A DNA stretch of 64,000 bases from Methyloceanibacter sp. (GTDB lineage Bacteria; Pseudomonadota; Alphaproteobacteria; Rhizobiales; Methyloligellaceae): contig DASQKJ010000057.1 of NCBI GenBank assembly GCA_035630595.1, positions 24,820-88,819 on the forward strand, written 5' to 3'. The stretch's first letter is position 1. The number at the start of each line of letters is the position of its first letter. This document shows, piece after piece, positions 37,497-49,615 of this stretch. The notes below the pieces were generated by a model that was not told the origin of the DNA, made no database searches, and was given only the letters and a program-made list of their open reading frames with translations. The translations under genes were made by a program, and so were the position numbers.

Positions 37497-37732
37497 ATTC
37501 CCGTCTCCCAGCTTGGCGTGGAGGTTCGATTCTCTCGTTTGGCAGTACAGTCAAACGATCGCAACGTAATTGCGAAGTCTATCCGCGCTTTTGTGTCAGA
37601 ATCAAAGCTTGGCGTCTGGCGCGGGGTTTCGTCAACCCCTCCCGCCCAATCGCCACCGCGGCGTGGCCGCAATGCCACTATCCCTGCCCCCTTTTTTTGC
37701 AGGGCCCACGGGATGATATAGTTTCGAGTTCA

Positions 37733-40069
37733 ATGACAAAGATTCGCTCCGCCCTCGAAGCGCTCCCGCCCTCGCCCGAGGATGAGCAGCTCCCGACCTC
37801 GCAGCGCGCCATGCGCCGGCGCCCGCTTGACTACCTGGATGCGCTCAACCCGGAGCAGCGCGAGGCGGTGGAGACGCTGTCCGGGCCGCTGCTCGTGCTG
37901 GCCGGCGCCGGCACCGGCAAGACCCGCGTGCTGACCACGCGGATCGCCCATATCCTGAGCCAGGGGCTGGTGCGGCCGGGGCAGATCCTCGCCGTCACTT
38001 TCACCAACAAAGCGGCGCGGGAGATGAAGCTCCGCATCGGTCAGCTGATCGGCGGCGTGGTCGAGGGCATGCCTTGGCTGGGGACCTTCCACGCCATCGG
38101 CGTGAAAATCCTGCGCCGCCATGCCGAGCTGGTGGATCTGAAACCGTCCTTCACGGTGCTCGACACCGACGACCAGATCAGGCTGCTCAAGCAATTGTTG
38201 GAGGCAGAGAATATCGACGAGAAGCGCTGGCCGGCGCGGCTGCTGGCCGCCATGATCGACGGCTGGAAGAATCGCGGGCTTACCCCGAAGCGCGTGCCGG
38301 AGGGCGAGAATTTCGCCTTTGCCAACGGCCGCGCGCGCGATCTCTATGCGCTCTATCAGCGCCGGCTGAAAGAGCTGAACGCAGCCGATTTCGGCGATCT
38401 GCTGCTGGAGAATCTGCGGCTGTTCCAAGAGCAGCCCGACGTGCTGACGAAATATCAGCAGCGCTTCCTCTATATGCTGGTGGACGAGTACCAGGACTCC
38501 AACGTCGCCCAATATCTGTGGCTCCGCCTGCTGGCGCAGGGCAACGGCAATATTTGCTGCGTGGGCGACGACGACCAGTCGATCTATGGCTGGCGCGGGG
38601 CCGAGGTGGACAACATCCTGCGTTTCGAGACCGACTTCCCCGGCGCCAAGATCATCCGGCTGGAGCGGAACTACCGCTCGACCGGCCATATCCTCGGCGC
38701 CGCCTCCGGCCTGATCGCCCACAACAAGGGGCGGCTCGGTAAGACGCTGCGCACGGACGGCGAGCTCGGCGGCAAGGTCGAGATCGAAGGCTGCTGGGAC
38801 GACGAGGAGGAAGCCCGCGTAATCGGCGAGGACATCGAGCAGCTTCAGCGGCAGGGCCACACTTTGAGCGAAATCGCCATTCTCGTCCGCGCCTCGTTCC
38901 AGATGCGCGCCTTCGAAGACCGCTTCATCACGCTCGGCCTCCCCTATCGCGTGATCGGCGGGCCGCGCTTCTACGAGCGGCAGGAGATCAAGGACGCCAC
39001 CGCCTATTTCGAGGTCACGCTCAATCCGGCGAACGACCTCAAATTCGAGCGCATCATCAACACGCCGCGGCGCGGACTTGGCGAGTCCACGCTGAAATCG
39101 CTGCACCAGCTCGCGCGGGCACAGGGCGTGCCGTTGTTCCAGGCGGCGCGGCTGATCGTCGAGACCGAAGAGTTGAAGCCGAAGCCGCGCAGGGCGCTGG
39201 CCGACCTCATCGCCGCCTTTGACCGCTGGCGCTCGCTGATCGAGACCATGCGCCATACCGAGCTTGCCGAGCTGATCCTGGACGAGTCCGGCTATACCGG
39301 CATGTGGCAGGCCGAGCGTTCGCCGCAGGCGCAATCGAAGCTCGAAAATCTGAAGGAGCTGATCCGGTTCATGGACGAGTTCGACACGCTCGCGGGCTTC
39401 CTCGAGCACGTCTCGCTGGTGATGGACGCGCAGACCGAGGAAGGCGCCGAGCGGGTCAGCCTGATGACCTTGCATTCGGCCAAGGGGCTCGAATTCGACA
39501 CCGTGTTTCTGCCCGGCTGGGACGAGGGCCTCCTGCCGCATCAGCGGAGTCTCGACGAGGCCGGCCGCTCAGGGCTGGAAGAAGAGCGCCGGCTCGCCCA
39601 TGTCGGCCTCACCCGCGCGCGCAAACGCGCCAAGATCACCTTCGCTCAGAACCGCCGCGCGCGCGGCACCTGGCAGACCGCCCTGCCCTCGCGCTTCATA
39701 GACGAATTGCCAGTCGCGCATATCGAGGTGTCCGAGGAGAAGCTAAGCCGCGGCTATGGGCCGAGCCGCTTCGACACGGCGGAGAATCTGTTTGCCGGCG
39801 GCTTCTACGAGACGCCGGGATGGCAGCGGGCGCAACGAAACCGGGCAGCCGGCGCGGGCGGGCCGCGCGGCCGCGAGCCGCTCACCATCGAAGGCATCCT
39901 GGTCGCCTCGAGCACGGCGGAGGGCGCGGGGCTCGCCATCGGCCAGCGCGTGTTCCACCAGAAATTCGGCTATGGGCGCGTGGCGCAGGTCGACGGCAAC
40001 AAACTCACCGTTGATTTCGACAAGGCAGGGCAGAAGAAGGTGGTCGACAGCTTCCTCGAGCGGGTGTGA
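37733..40069 (+). CDS. uvrD: ATP-dependent DNA helicase UvrD/PcrA
   Basis: AGAGTGKT, TFTNKAA, VDEYQD, VGDDDQSIY, KGLEF and EEERRL motifs; C-terminal Tudor-like RVFHQKFGYG. Confidence 0.95.
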   Translation: MTKIRSALEALPPSPEDEQLPTSQRAMRRRPLDYLDALNPEQREAVETLSGPLLVLAGAGTGKTRVLTTRIAHILSQGLVRPGQILAVTFTNKAAREMKLRIGQLIGGVVEGMPWLGTFHAIGVKILRRHAELVDLKPSFTVLDTDDQIRLLKQLLEAENIDEKRWPARLLAAMIDGWKNRGLTPKRVPEGENFAFANGRARDLYALYQRRLKELNAADFGDLLLENLRLFQEQPDVLTKYQQRFLYMLVDEYQDSNVAQYLWLRLLAQGNGNICCVGDDDQSIYGWRGAEVDNILRFETDFPGAKIIRLERNYRSTGHILGAASGLIAHNKGRLGKTLRTDGELGGKVEIEGCWDDEEEARVIGEDIEQLQRQGHTLSEIAILVRASFQMRAFEDRFITLGLPYRVIGGPRFYERQEIKDATAYFEVTLNPANDLKFERIINTPRRGLGESTLKSLHQLARAQGVPLFQAARLIVETEELKPKPRRALADLIAAFDRWRSLIETMRHTELAELILDESGYTGMWQAERSPQAQSKLENLKELIRFMDEFDTLAGFLEHVSLVMDAQTEEGAERVSLMTLHSAKGLEFDTVFLPGWDEGLLPHQRSLDEAGRSGLEEERRLAHVGLTRARKRAKITFAQNRRARGTWQTALPSRFIDELPVAHIEVSEEKLSRGYGPSRFDTAENLFAGGFYETPGWQRAQRNRAAGAGGPRGREPLTIEGILVASSTAEGAGLAIGQRVFHQKFGYGRVAQVDGNKLTVDFDKAGQKKVVDSFLERV

Positions 40070-40208
40070 GGCCCCACTCCTAGCCGTGGTCACGGCAACC
40101 AGTCCGCTGCGAACGAAGCCAAGCCTCCGGCCGAATAAGATCAAAGGCGGCTCAAGGGCCTGCTTGGCATTTGCTTGCGAAGGCGGGGCTCGCCTAAGCT
40201 CCGCCGCC

Positions 40209-41138
40209 ATGCAGTCCCCGCTCGACAGGCTGGATCAAGCCACACCCGCCCTCATGATGCACCAGGCGAGCATCGTGGCCGGGGCCGAGTCGGCAGAGCG
40301 CATCGCCCGCGCGCTGGAGGAAGCGGCAGACCCGCCCGCAGCTGTCGGGCTGTTCGAGCGCGGCGACGGCCGGTTCGAGGTGTTCGCCCATTATGCGGCG
40401 CAGCCCTCGCGCGAGCATCTGCTCACCTTGATCGAAGACGCCGCCGGCGGCGCTCGCCTTGGCCAACTCAAAATCGAAGAGATCGCTCCAGGCGATTGGG
40501 TGACGCTGTCGCAAGGGCAGCGGGGGCCGGTTTCGGCCGGGCGCTTCCTGGTGCATGGCAGTCACGACCGGCAGCGGGCGCCAAGCCACCGCTTCGTCGT
40601 CGAGATCGACGCCGGCCGGGCATTCGGCACCGCTCACCACGCCAGTACGCGCGGCTGCCTGCTCGCGCTTGACGCACTCCTAAAACGGCGGAGGCCGCAT
40701 TCGATCGTCGATCTCGGCACCGGCACCGGCATTCTGGCCATCGCCGCCGCCAATGCGCTCAAGCGCAAGGTGCTGGCAAGCGACAGCGACCCGGTTGCGG
40801 TGACAATCGCGGGCGAGAATGCCCGGAACAATTGCGCAGGGTCCCAGGTTCACGTGGTCCGGGCGGATGGCTTTGCCCATCCCTTGCTGCGATGGCTGAA
40901 AGCCGATCTCGTCCTCGCGAATCTGCTGGAGCGAGTGCTTTATGACCTCGCGCCAGCCTTGGCGAAGCGTGTCGCGCCCGGCGGCAGGGCGATTCTTTCC
41001 GGCCTGACTGAAACCCAGGCGCGCAGCATCGAAGCGCGCACCCGCGCCCATGGTTTCGTCATGGAAAAGCGAATCGTTCTCGATGGATGGACGACCTTGG
41101 TGATAACTCGTCGCAGCGCAAAGCGTATGCGCGATTGA
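40209..41138 (+). CDS. prmA: Ribosomal protein L11 methyltransferase
   Basis: EIDAGRAFGTAHH, DLGTGTGILAIAA and ILSGL motifs; start uncertain. Confidence 0.88.
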   Translation: MQSPLDRLDQATPALMMHQASIVAGAESAERIARALEEAADPPAAVGLFERGDGRFEVFAHYAAQPSREHLLTLIEDAAGGARLGQLKIEEIAPGDWVTLSQGQRGPVSAGRFLVHGSHDRQRAPSHRFVVEIDAGRAFGTAHHASTRGCLLALDALLKRRRPHSIVDLGTGTGILAIAAANALKRKVLASDSDPVAVTIAGENARNNCAGSQVHVVRADGFAHPLLRWLKADLVLANLLERVLYDLAPALAKRVAPGGRAILSGLTETQARSIEARTRAHGFVMEKRIVLDGWTTLVITRRSAKRMRD

Positions 41139-41173
41139 TCGCAACGAAGCTTTGCGCTTACAACTAGGCAGTC

Positions 41174-42991
41174 ATGTATCAAATCTTCGATGAGATCAGT
41201 TCCCCAGGCGCGAGCGGCGAGCGGGTCAAGGCATTGCAGCGGGAACTGAAATCGCGAAGGCTCAAGGGCTTTCTCGTTCCCCACAGCGACGAGCATCAGG
41301 ACGAGTTCCTGGCTCCCCCGGCGGAGCGGCTCGCTTGGCTTACCGGCTTCACCGGATCGGCGGGCGTGGCGATCGTGCTGGAGAAGGCGGCGGCGCTGTT
41401 CGTCGATGGGCGCTACATCCTCCAGGCCCGCGCCCAAGTCGACCCAACCTTGTTCGAGGTGCTCCAGACACCCGAAGCCAAGCCGTCGAGCTGGATCGCC
41501 GAGAATCTCAGCCGAAGCGCGTCGGTGGCCTACGACCCCGCGCTGCATACGATCCGGGAAATCGAGCGGCTGACCGAGACGCTGGCCAAGTCCGGCATCA
41601 AGTTGACGCCGGTCGACACGAACCCGATCGATGCCATCTGGCAGGACCGCCCGAAAGCCCCGTCTTCGCAGATCGTGCCGCACGGCGTCGAATATGCCGG
41701 GCGCAGCGCATTCGAGAAAATCCGCGACGTGCAGGCGCTCCTCAGGGAAGAAAGCACCGACGCCGTATTGCTGACCCTGCTCGATTCCATCGCCTGGCTG
41801 TTCAATATCAGGGGCGGCGACCTCAAGCACACGCCGGTCGCGCTGGCTTATGCCATCGTGCCTGCGACGGGAAAGCCGACCTTGTTCATCGATGCCGCCA
41901 AGGTCGGCGACAACGTGAAGGGCGAGTTGCGCGAGCTCGCCGAGACCGCCGATCCTGCGGCGCTGATGGACCGGCTCAAGGCACTCGGAGAGGCGCACGC
42001 AAAGGTGCGGCTCGACCCCGAGACTGCGGCGGTCCGCTTCTCGCAGGCGCTCAAGGCCGGCGGTACGCAATTCGTACCGGGCGCCGACCCTTGCATCCTT
42101 CCCAAGGCGATCAAGAACGAAACCGAGCTCAAGGGCGCACGCGCTGCGCATCTGCGCGACGGCGTCGCCATGGTGCGGTTCCTTGCCTGGCTCGACGAGG
42201 TTGCAGAGTCGGGCAAGGTCGACGAGATCGACGCGGCAGTGAAGCTCGAGGACTGCCGCCGGGAGTCCGGCCAGCTCAAAGACATCGCCTTCGACACCAT
42301 CTCGGCGGCGGGCCCGAACGGCGCCATCGTCCATTACCGGCCGACGACCAAGGGCAAGCGGGCGCTGACCTCGGGCACACTCTACCTCATCGATTCAGGC
42401 GCGCAATATCGCGAGGGTACCACCGACATCACCCGCACCGTCGCTGTCGGCGCGCCCACCGCGAAGATGCGGCGGCATTACGGGCTGGTGCTGAAAGCGC
42501 ATATCGCCATCGCCACGGCGCGCTTCCCCAAGGGCACGCGCGGCCAAGACCTCGACCCGTTCGCGCGGCGACCGCTGTGGGAGGCCGGACTCGACTTCGA
42601 TCACGGGACCGGCCACGGCGTGGGCAGCTATCTGTCGGTGCATGAAGGGCCGCAACGCCTGTCGCGACTCGGCACCGTGGAACTCGAGCCGGGCATGATC
42701 CTGTCCAACGAGCCTGGGCTTTATCGCGAGGGCCAATACGGCATTAGGCTCGAAAATCTCATGCTGGTGACGCCACCCGAGCGGATCGAGGGCGGCACGC
42801 GTGAGATGCTGGGCTTCGAGACCCTGACCTTGGTGCCGTTCGATCGCCGGCTGATCGATCCGAAGCAACTCCTGCCCTTCGAGCTTGCCTGGCTCAACGC
42901 CTATCACGCGCGGGTTCGCCGCGAGATCGAGCCGATCCTGTTGAGCGACGACAGGGCCTGGCTCCGACATGCCACGGCGCCGATCGGTTAA
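41174..42991 (+). CDS. Xaa-Pro aminopeptidase (aminopeptidase P family)
   Basis: WLTGFTGSAG, DSGAQY..GTTDITRT, HGTGHGVG..VHEGP and SNEPG motifs. Confidence 0.94.
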   Translation: MYQIFDEISSPGASGERVKALQRELKSRRLKGFLVPHSDEHQDEFLAPPAERLAWLTGFTGSAGVAIVLEKAAALFVDGRYILQARAQVDPTLFEVLQTPEAKPSSWIAENLSRSASVAYDPALHTIREIERLTETLAKSGIKLTPVDTNPIDAIWQDRPKAPSSQIVPHGVEYAGRSAFEKIRDVQALLREESTDAVLLTLLDSIAWLFNIRGGDLKHTPVALAYAIVPATGKPTLFIDAAKVGDNVKGELRELAETADPAALMDRLKALGEAHAKVRLDPETAAVRFSQALKAGGTQFVPGADPCILPKAIKNETELKGARAAHLRDGVAMVRFLAWLDEVAESGKVDEIDAAVKLEDCRRESGQLKDIAFDTISAAGPNGAIVHYRPTTKGKRALTSGTLYLIDSGAQYREGTTDITRTVAVGAPTAKMRRHYGLVLKAHIAIATARFPKGTRGQDLDPFARRPLWEAGLDFDHGTGHGVGSYLSVHEGPQRLSRLGTVELEPGMILSNEPGLYREGQYGIRLENLMLVTPPERIEGGTREMLGFETLTLVPFDRRLIDPKQLLPFELAWLNAYHARVRREIEPILLSDDRAWLRHATAPIG

Positions 42992-43015
42992 TTGACGGCT
43001 TCGGCGAGTATTTTC

Positions 43016-43103
43016 TCGTCATGCCCGGCTTCATGCCGGGCATCCACGTATAGTCAAGTGAAAGAAAAATTCGTGGATGGCCGGGACAAGCCCGGTCCGA
43101 CGA
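43016..43103. repeat. CGTC-tagged palindromic element, copy 2
   Basis: CGTCATGCCCGGCTTCATGCCGGGCATCCACG-23nt-CGTGGATGGCCGGGACAAGCCCGG with a degenerate right end. Confidence 0.85.
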
Positions 43104-43125
43104 ACTTGAGCAAGGAAACGATCGT

Positions 43126-43380
43126 ATGGCGCTAGAGATACTGGTTTCGAGCGTGGCGGCGACCTTGACCACGGCGGCATTCGTGCCGCAGGCGCTGCAC
43201 ATCATCCGCTGTAAGGAAACGCGCGCCATCTCCCTGCAGATGTACGTGGCCTTCGCCATTGGCGTTGCCTTCTGGCTGCTGTTCGGCTTCATGATCTGGA
43301 ACTGGCCGATGATCGTCGCCAACACCATTACCTTGGCGCTGGCCCTGACGATCCTGACGATGAAGCTGAAATATGGGTGA
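43126..43380 (+). CDS. SemiSWEET family sugar transporter
   Basis: 84 aa, three TM segments, TTAAFVPQA PQ-loop and W..FG..WPMIVAN. Confidence 0.9.
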   Translation: MALEILVSSVAATLTTAAFVPQALHIIRCKETRAISLQMYVAFAIGVAFWLLFGFMIWNWPMIVANTITLALALTILTMKLKYG

Positions 43381-43383
43381 GGC

Positions 43384-45540
<2,157 letters not shown>

Positions 45541-47220
45541 TCAGGCAGACCGGCTCATCAGCCGCTCGGCCGCCTTACGTGCCTCATCGGTGATGGTCTG
45601 ACCGGCGAGCATGCGTGCGATCTCCTCGCGCCGATGCTCACCTTCAAGGACGGCCACGCGGGTCGCCATGGTCTCGCCTTCCCCGCCGCGGACCGCCTCC
45701 TTGGCGATCAAGAAATGTCCGCTGGCGGCGGCGGCTACTTGCGGCGCGTGGGTCACCGCCAGCACTTGGACGTCGGAGGCGAGCCGTGCCAAACGCTCGC
45801 CGACTGCCGCCGCGGTCGCGCCGCCGACGCCGGAATCGGCTTCGTCGAATACCAAAGTCGGCGCCGAGCCGCGCGCCGCCAGCACCACCTTGAGCGCCAG
45901 GATGAACCGCGCCAGCTCGCCGCCCGAGGCGATCTTCATCAGGGGACCGGGCTCCGTGCCGGGATTGGTCGCCACCCAAAACGCCACGCGGTCGATGCCG
46001 CTAGGCCCGCCTTCGGCCGGCGCGACGGTCTCTATCTTGGTGATGAATCTCGCCTTTTCCAGCTTCAGCGGGCCGAGTTCGCGCATGATTTCGGCGTCGA
46101 GCCGCTTGGCCGCAAGCTTGCGGGCCGCGCTCAGGACAAGCGCCTGTTCCTGGAAGGCTTGGCGGGCGTGCTCCGCGGCCCTGGCCAACTCGCCCGCGCG
46201 CGCCTCGCTGACATCGAGCGCGCCGAGTTCCGCCGCTAGTTGCTGCAGCAAGGCCGGCAGGCCGTCGACCGCAATTTTGTGCTTGCGGGCGAGCGCCCGC
46301 AGCGCGAACAGCCGCTCCTCCGCGCGCTCGAGCTCCTTAGGCTCGAAAGATGTCGCTATTACCGCCGCCTCGATCTTCGCCCGAGCGGTCTCGGTCTCGG
46401 CGAGCACGCGCTCAAGAGCCTCGGCGACGGGCGAGAGCACGGCAGGCGCGACACCCGCCTGCCGTTCGATGCGGCGCAGCGCCGAAGCAAGCCTAGCGCC
46501 GCTGGTCCCTTCGCCCTGCAGAGCGTCTAGCGCCTCGGCAAGCTCGGCGGCGAGCTTCTCGGCATGCATCATCAGCTGGCGGCGGGCGGCCAGCGCCTCC
46601 TCCTCGCCTGCTTGAGGATCGTGCTGGCGAAGCTCATCGAGGGCGTGGCTGAGATAGTCCTGGTTGGCGCGCGATGCGGCGATCTCGCCAGCATGGCGGG
46701 CATGCTCGGCCTCGGTCTTCTGCCAAGCGGCGTAGGCTTCGGCCACGCCTGCCGCGTCGATACCGAGGCCGGCGAAGGCATCAACCAGATCCCGATGACC
46801 GCTCGGGTCGATCAGTGCGCGGTCGTCGTGTTGTCCGTGGATCTCGACCAGCGCCTGGCCCACCTGCCGCAGCAGCTGCACGCTCACCGCAATGTCGTTG
46901 ACGAAGGCGCGGCTCCTGCCGTCAGCCCCCTGCACCCGCCGCAGGATCAAGCCGTCATCGGCGGCGATACCATTATCGGCGAGTAGCCCGAAGACGGGGT
47001 GATCCCCCGCGAGATCGAACACCGCCGTCACCTGGCCCTGGCTTGCGCCACGCCGCACCAGCGAGGCGTCGCCCCTGCCGCCGATTGCCAGCGAGAAGGC
47101 ATCGAGCAGAATCGACTTGCCGGCGCCGGTCTCCCCCGTCAGCACCGACAGGCCGTGGCCGAAGTCGAGATCGAGCTTGTCGATCAGGACAATGTCACGG
47201 ATCGACAGGGCGGCTAGCAT
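45541..47220 (-). CDS. recN: DNA repair protein RecN
   Basis: TGETGAGKS, ASGGELAR, FDEAD and THAPQVA motifs. Confidence 0.96.
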   Translation of the reverse strand: MLAALSIRDIVLIDKLDLDFGHGLSVLTGETGAGKSILLDAFSLAIGGRGDASLVRRGASQGQVTAVFDLAGDHPVFGLLADNGIAADDGLILRRVQGADGRSRAFVNDIAVSVQLLRQVGQALVEIHGQHDDRALIDPSGHRDLVDAFAGLGIDAAGVAEAYAAWQKTEAEHARHAGEIAASRANQDYLSHALDELRQHDPQAGEEEALAARRQLMMHAEKLAAELAEALDALQGEGTSGARLASALRRIERQAGVAPAVLSPVAEALERVLAETETARAKIEAAVIATSFEPKELERAEERLFALRALARKHKIAVDGLPALLQQLAAELGALDVSEARAGELARAAEHARQAFQEQALVLSAARKLAAKRLDAEIMRELGPLKLEKARFITKIETVAPAEGGPSGIDRVAFWVATNPGTEPGPLMKIASGGELARFILALKVVLAARGSAPTLVFDEADSGVGGATAAAVGERLARLASDVQVLAVTHAPQVAAAASGHFLIAKEAVRGGEGETMATRVAVLEGEHRREEIARMLAGQTITDEARKAAERLMSRSA

Positions 47221-47230
47221 GGCTGATGAA

Positions 47231-48127
47231 TCAGGCGGGTCTGCCGCTGCTTCTCCAGGTCTCGGTGATCCAAGACCCTTCGTGCTCCTTCGGCTGGAGA
47301 CCGCGTTTGCCGAGAAGACCGTAAGCGTGGGTGTACCACTTGCTGTCCGGAAAGTTGTGGCCGAGCACGGCGGCGGCCGTTTGCGCCTCGTTGACGATGC
47401 CCAACGCCATATAGGCCTCGGTGAGGCGCATCAAGGCCTCCTGCACCTGTTCTGTGGTCTGGTAATTGACGACCACGAATTTGAAACGGTTGATCGCGGC
47501 GAGATAGTTGCTGCGGCGGAGATACCAGCGTCCAACCGTCATCTCGCTCGCGGCCATCAGATCGCGCAGGATGCGGGTCCGGTTCTGCGCATCGCCCGCG
47601 TAGCGCGACTCGGGATAGCGTTGCAGCAGCGTGTCGTAAGCAGCAAGCGCCTTGCGGGCATTGGTCTGGTCGCGCTTCGGATCGAGCACCCGGTCGTAAT
47701 AGGACATGGCGATGATGTTCTGGGCGAGGTCGGCTTCCTGCGTGCCCGGATGGAGGGCGAGATAGCGGTCGGCGGCCTGGATCGCATCATCGTATTTGCC
47801 GGCCTTGTAGTAGGCATAGGCGGCCATGAGGATGGCGCGGCGCGCCTGCTGCGAATAAGGGTGATTGATGTCAACGTCTTCATAGGCCTTGGCGGCGTCT
47901 GAAAAGCGGCCCTTGTTGGTGAGCGACTCAGCCTTGCCGTAGATGACGTCGGGCGGGTCGTTGTTCTCTACCGCCTCGGTCTTGCCGCCGAACAACGAGC
48001 TGCCGCAGCCGGCAAGTAGGTTAGCGGCGACCAAAAGACAGGCAGCGCGTGCCGACAAGGGCGGCAATCGGCGCAGCAGCCCGATCCAGCGTGACGGCGC
48101 CTTTTGCAGCTCAAACCGTCCGGTCAT
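47231..48127 (-). CDS. bamD: Outer membrane assembly lipoprotein BamD
   Basis: Lipobox LLAGC, TPR repeats, RDQT and AAVLGHNFPDSKW motifs; lies between lpxC and recN. Confidence 0.92.
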   Translation of the reverse strand: MTGRFELQKAPSRWIGLLRRLPPLSARAACLLVAANLLAGCGSSLFGGKTEAVENNDPPDVIYGKAESLTNKGRFSDAAKAYEDVDINHPYSQQARRAILMAAYAYYKAGKYDDAIQAADRYLALHPGTQEADLAQNIIAMSYYDRVLDPKRDQTNARKALAAYDTLLQRYPESRYAGDAQNRTRILRDLMAASEMTVGRWYLRRSNYLAAINRFKFVVVNYQTTEQVQEALMRLTEAYMALGIVNEAQTAAAVLGHNFPDSKWYTHAYGLLGKRGLQPKEHEGSWITETWRSSGRPA

Positions 48128-48360
48128 GCTTCCCCTCAAAGACCGTCCCCCAGGCGGGCAGCACCGCAGCGCAAGCCCATCGGCCGGTTGGCCCGACGCT
48201 AGCGCAGCCAACAGCAACCAACTAGCGGATTATGGTGTTTTTTTGCCCATTTCCCGCCCGCATCACAAAGGCGTAGGACCACACCGAAACGGGCAACGGC
48301 CGTGGCACGAAGGGCACGCCATGGTTCAAAGGAATAAGGGCCTAAAAGGGCTGATTCGCG

Positions 48361-49311
48361 TCAGCTTCGCTCGGCGGCGAAATTCGCTGCCGCAAGGCGA
48401 TGGCTCAGCTCGGCGTGCCGGACCTCGCGATAACGCGGCGCTTCGATCATGGTCCAAGCCTCCTGATCGGCAAACAGGGCCTTGAGAACCAGTGCGTTCA
48501 GCCGATGGCCGCCACGGTGGGAGCGGAAAGCGCCGAGGATGGGTGCGCCGGCAAGAGCGAGGTCGCCGACCGCATCGAGCGCCTTGTGGCGCACGAACTC
48601 GTCGGGGAAGCGAAGCCCTTCGCGGTTGATGATGCGGTCGTCGCCGATCGCGACGGTATTCTCAAGCGAGGCCCCGAGCGCGAGACCGGCGGCCCACAGA
48701 CGCTCTACATCCTTCATGAAGCCGAAGGTGCGGGCCCGTGCCAGTTCGCGGCGGAAAGCGCCGGGATTGAGGTCGAGCTCGAATTTTTGGGCCCCGATCA
48801 GGGGCGTGTCGAAGTCGATCTCGACGTCGAGGCGGAAGCCGTTATAGGGGAGCAGCTCGCCATAGGCGCCCGCGTCCTCCACCGCTATCCGCTTCAGGAT
48901 CTTGAGGAAGCGCCGTGGCGCCTCGAGCTCGGCAAGACCGACCTCGTCGATCGCCTCAACGAAGCGGGCGGCGCTGCCGTCCATGATTGGCACTTCGCAG
49001 CTGTCGATCTCGATGAGAGCGTTGTCGACGCCGAGGCCGCGGAGCGCCGCGAGCAAATGCTCGACCGTCGCGATCGAAGCGCCGTTGCCGTCGCCGAGCA
49101 CGGTGCAGAGCGTCACACCCGTGATCGAACGCTGATCGGCGATGATCTCGGTGCCGTCCGCGTGGCCGTTGGAAAGAAGGAAGCGAAGGCCGGTATCGCC
49201 ATCAGCGGGACAAAGCGAAATCGAGACTGGCGCTCCGGTATGGACCCCGGTACCGGTCAGCGAAATCTCGCTGGCAAGCGTGGTTTGGCGTGCCCCTACG
49301 AAACCCTTCAT
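48361..49311 (-). CDS. lpxC: UDP-3-O-acyl-GlcNAc deacetylase
   Basis: TVEHLLAAL, EVPIMDGS, ARTFGF and HKALDAVGDL motifs. Confidence 0.96.
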   Translation of the reverse strand: MKGFVGARQTTLASEISLTGTGVHTGAPVSISLCPADGDTGLRFLLSNGHADGTEIIADQRSITGVTLCTVLGDGNGASIATVEHLLAALRGLGVDNALIEIDSCEVPIMDGSAARFVEAIDEVGLAELEAPRRFLKILKRIAVEDAGAYGELLPYNGFRLDVEIDFDTPLIGAQKFELDLNPGAFRRELARARTFGFMKDVERLWAAGLALGASLENTVAIGDDRIINREGLRFPDEFVRHKALDAVGDLALAGAPILGAFRSHRGGHRLNALVLKALFADQEAWTMIEAPRYREVRHAELSHRLAAANFAAERS

Positions 49312-49615
49312 GCCCCCGTCGGCCCCCGCGCCGTTTTTTGAGTTCCCTACTCAGCTCGAGGATGACCCCCGAGCCCCCCATTGACCGGCGCTTCCTTGGC
49401 ACTTTAGACCGAATTTCCCCGCGGTCTTTGCTGTGCCTTTTTGGTCCTGCCAATCAACCTACGAAGAACCTTAACGCTCGGACTCGGGGGCGACAAATCA
49501 CGGTTTCTTTCACTGTATTACCGGTGGGGCAAGATCATAAGCCATTGGTCCGGCGTACTATTCGCTAATCTTCAGCAGGCTGACGAGGGATATGGTTACC
49601 GGCGCAGCCCCGATC

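Noticed and set aside
42894-43328. 144-aa minus-strand ORF reading through the palindromic repeat
   Set aside because: Antisense to SemiSWEET and pepP; the repeat-derived peptide is an artefact
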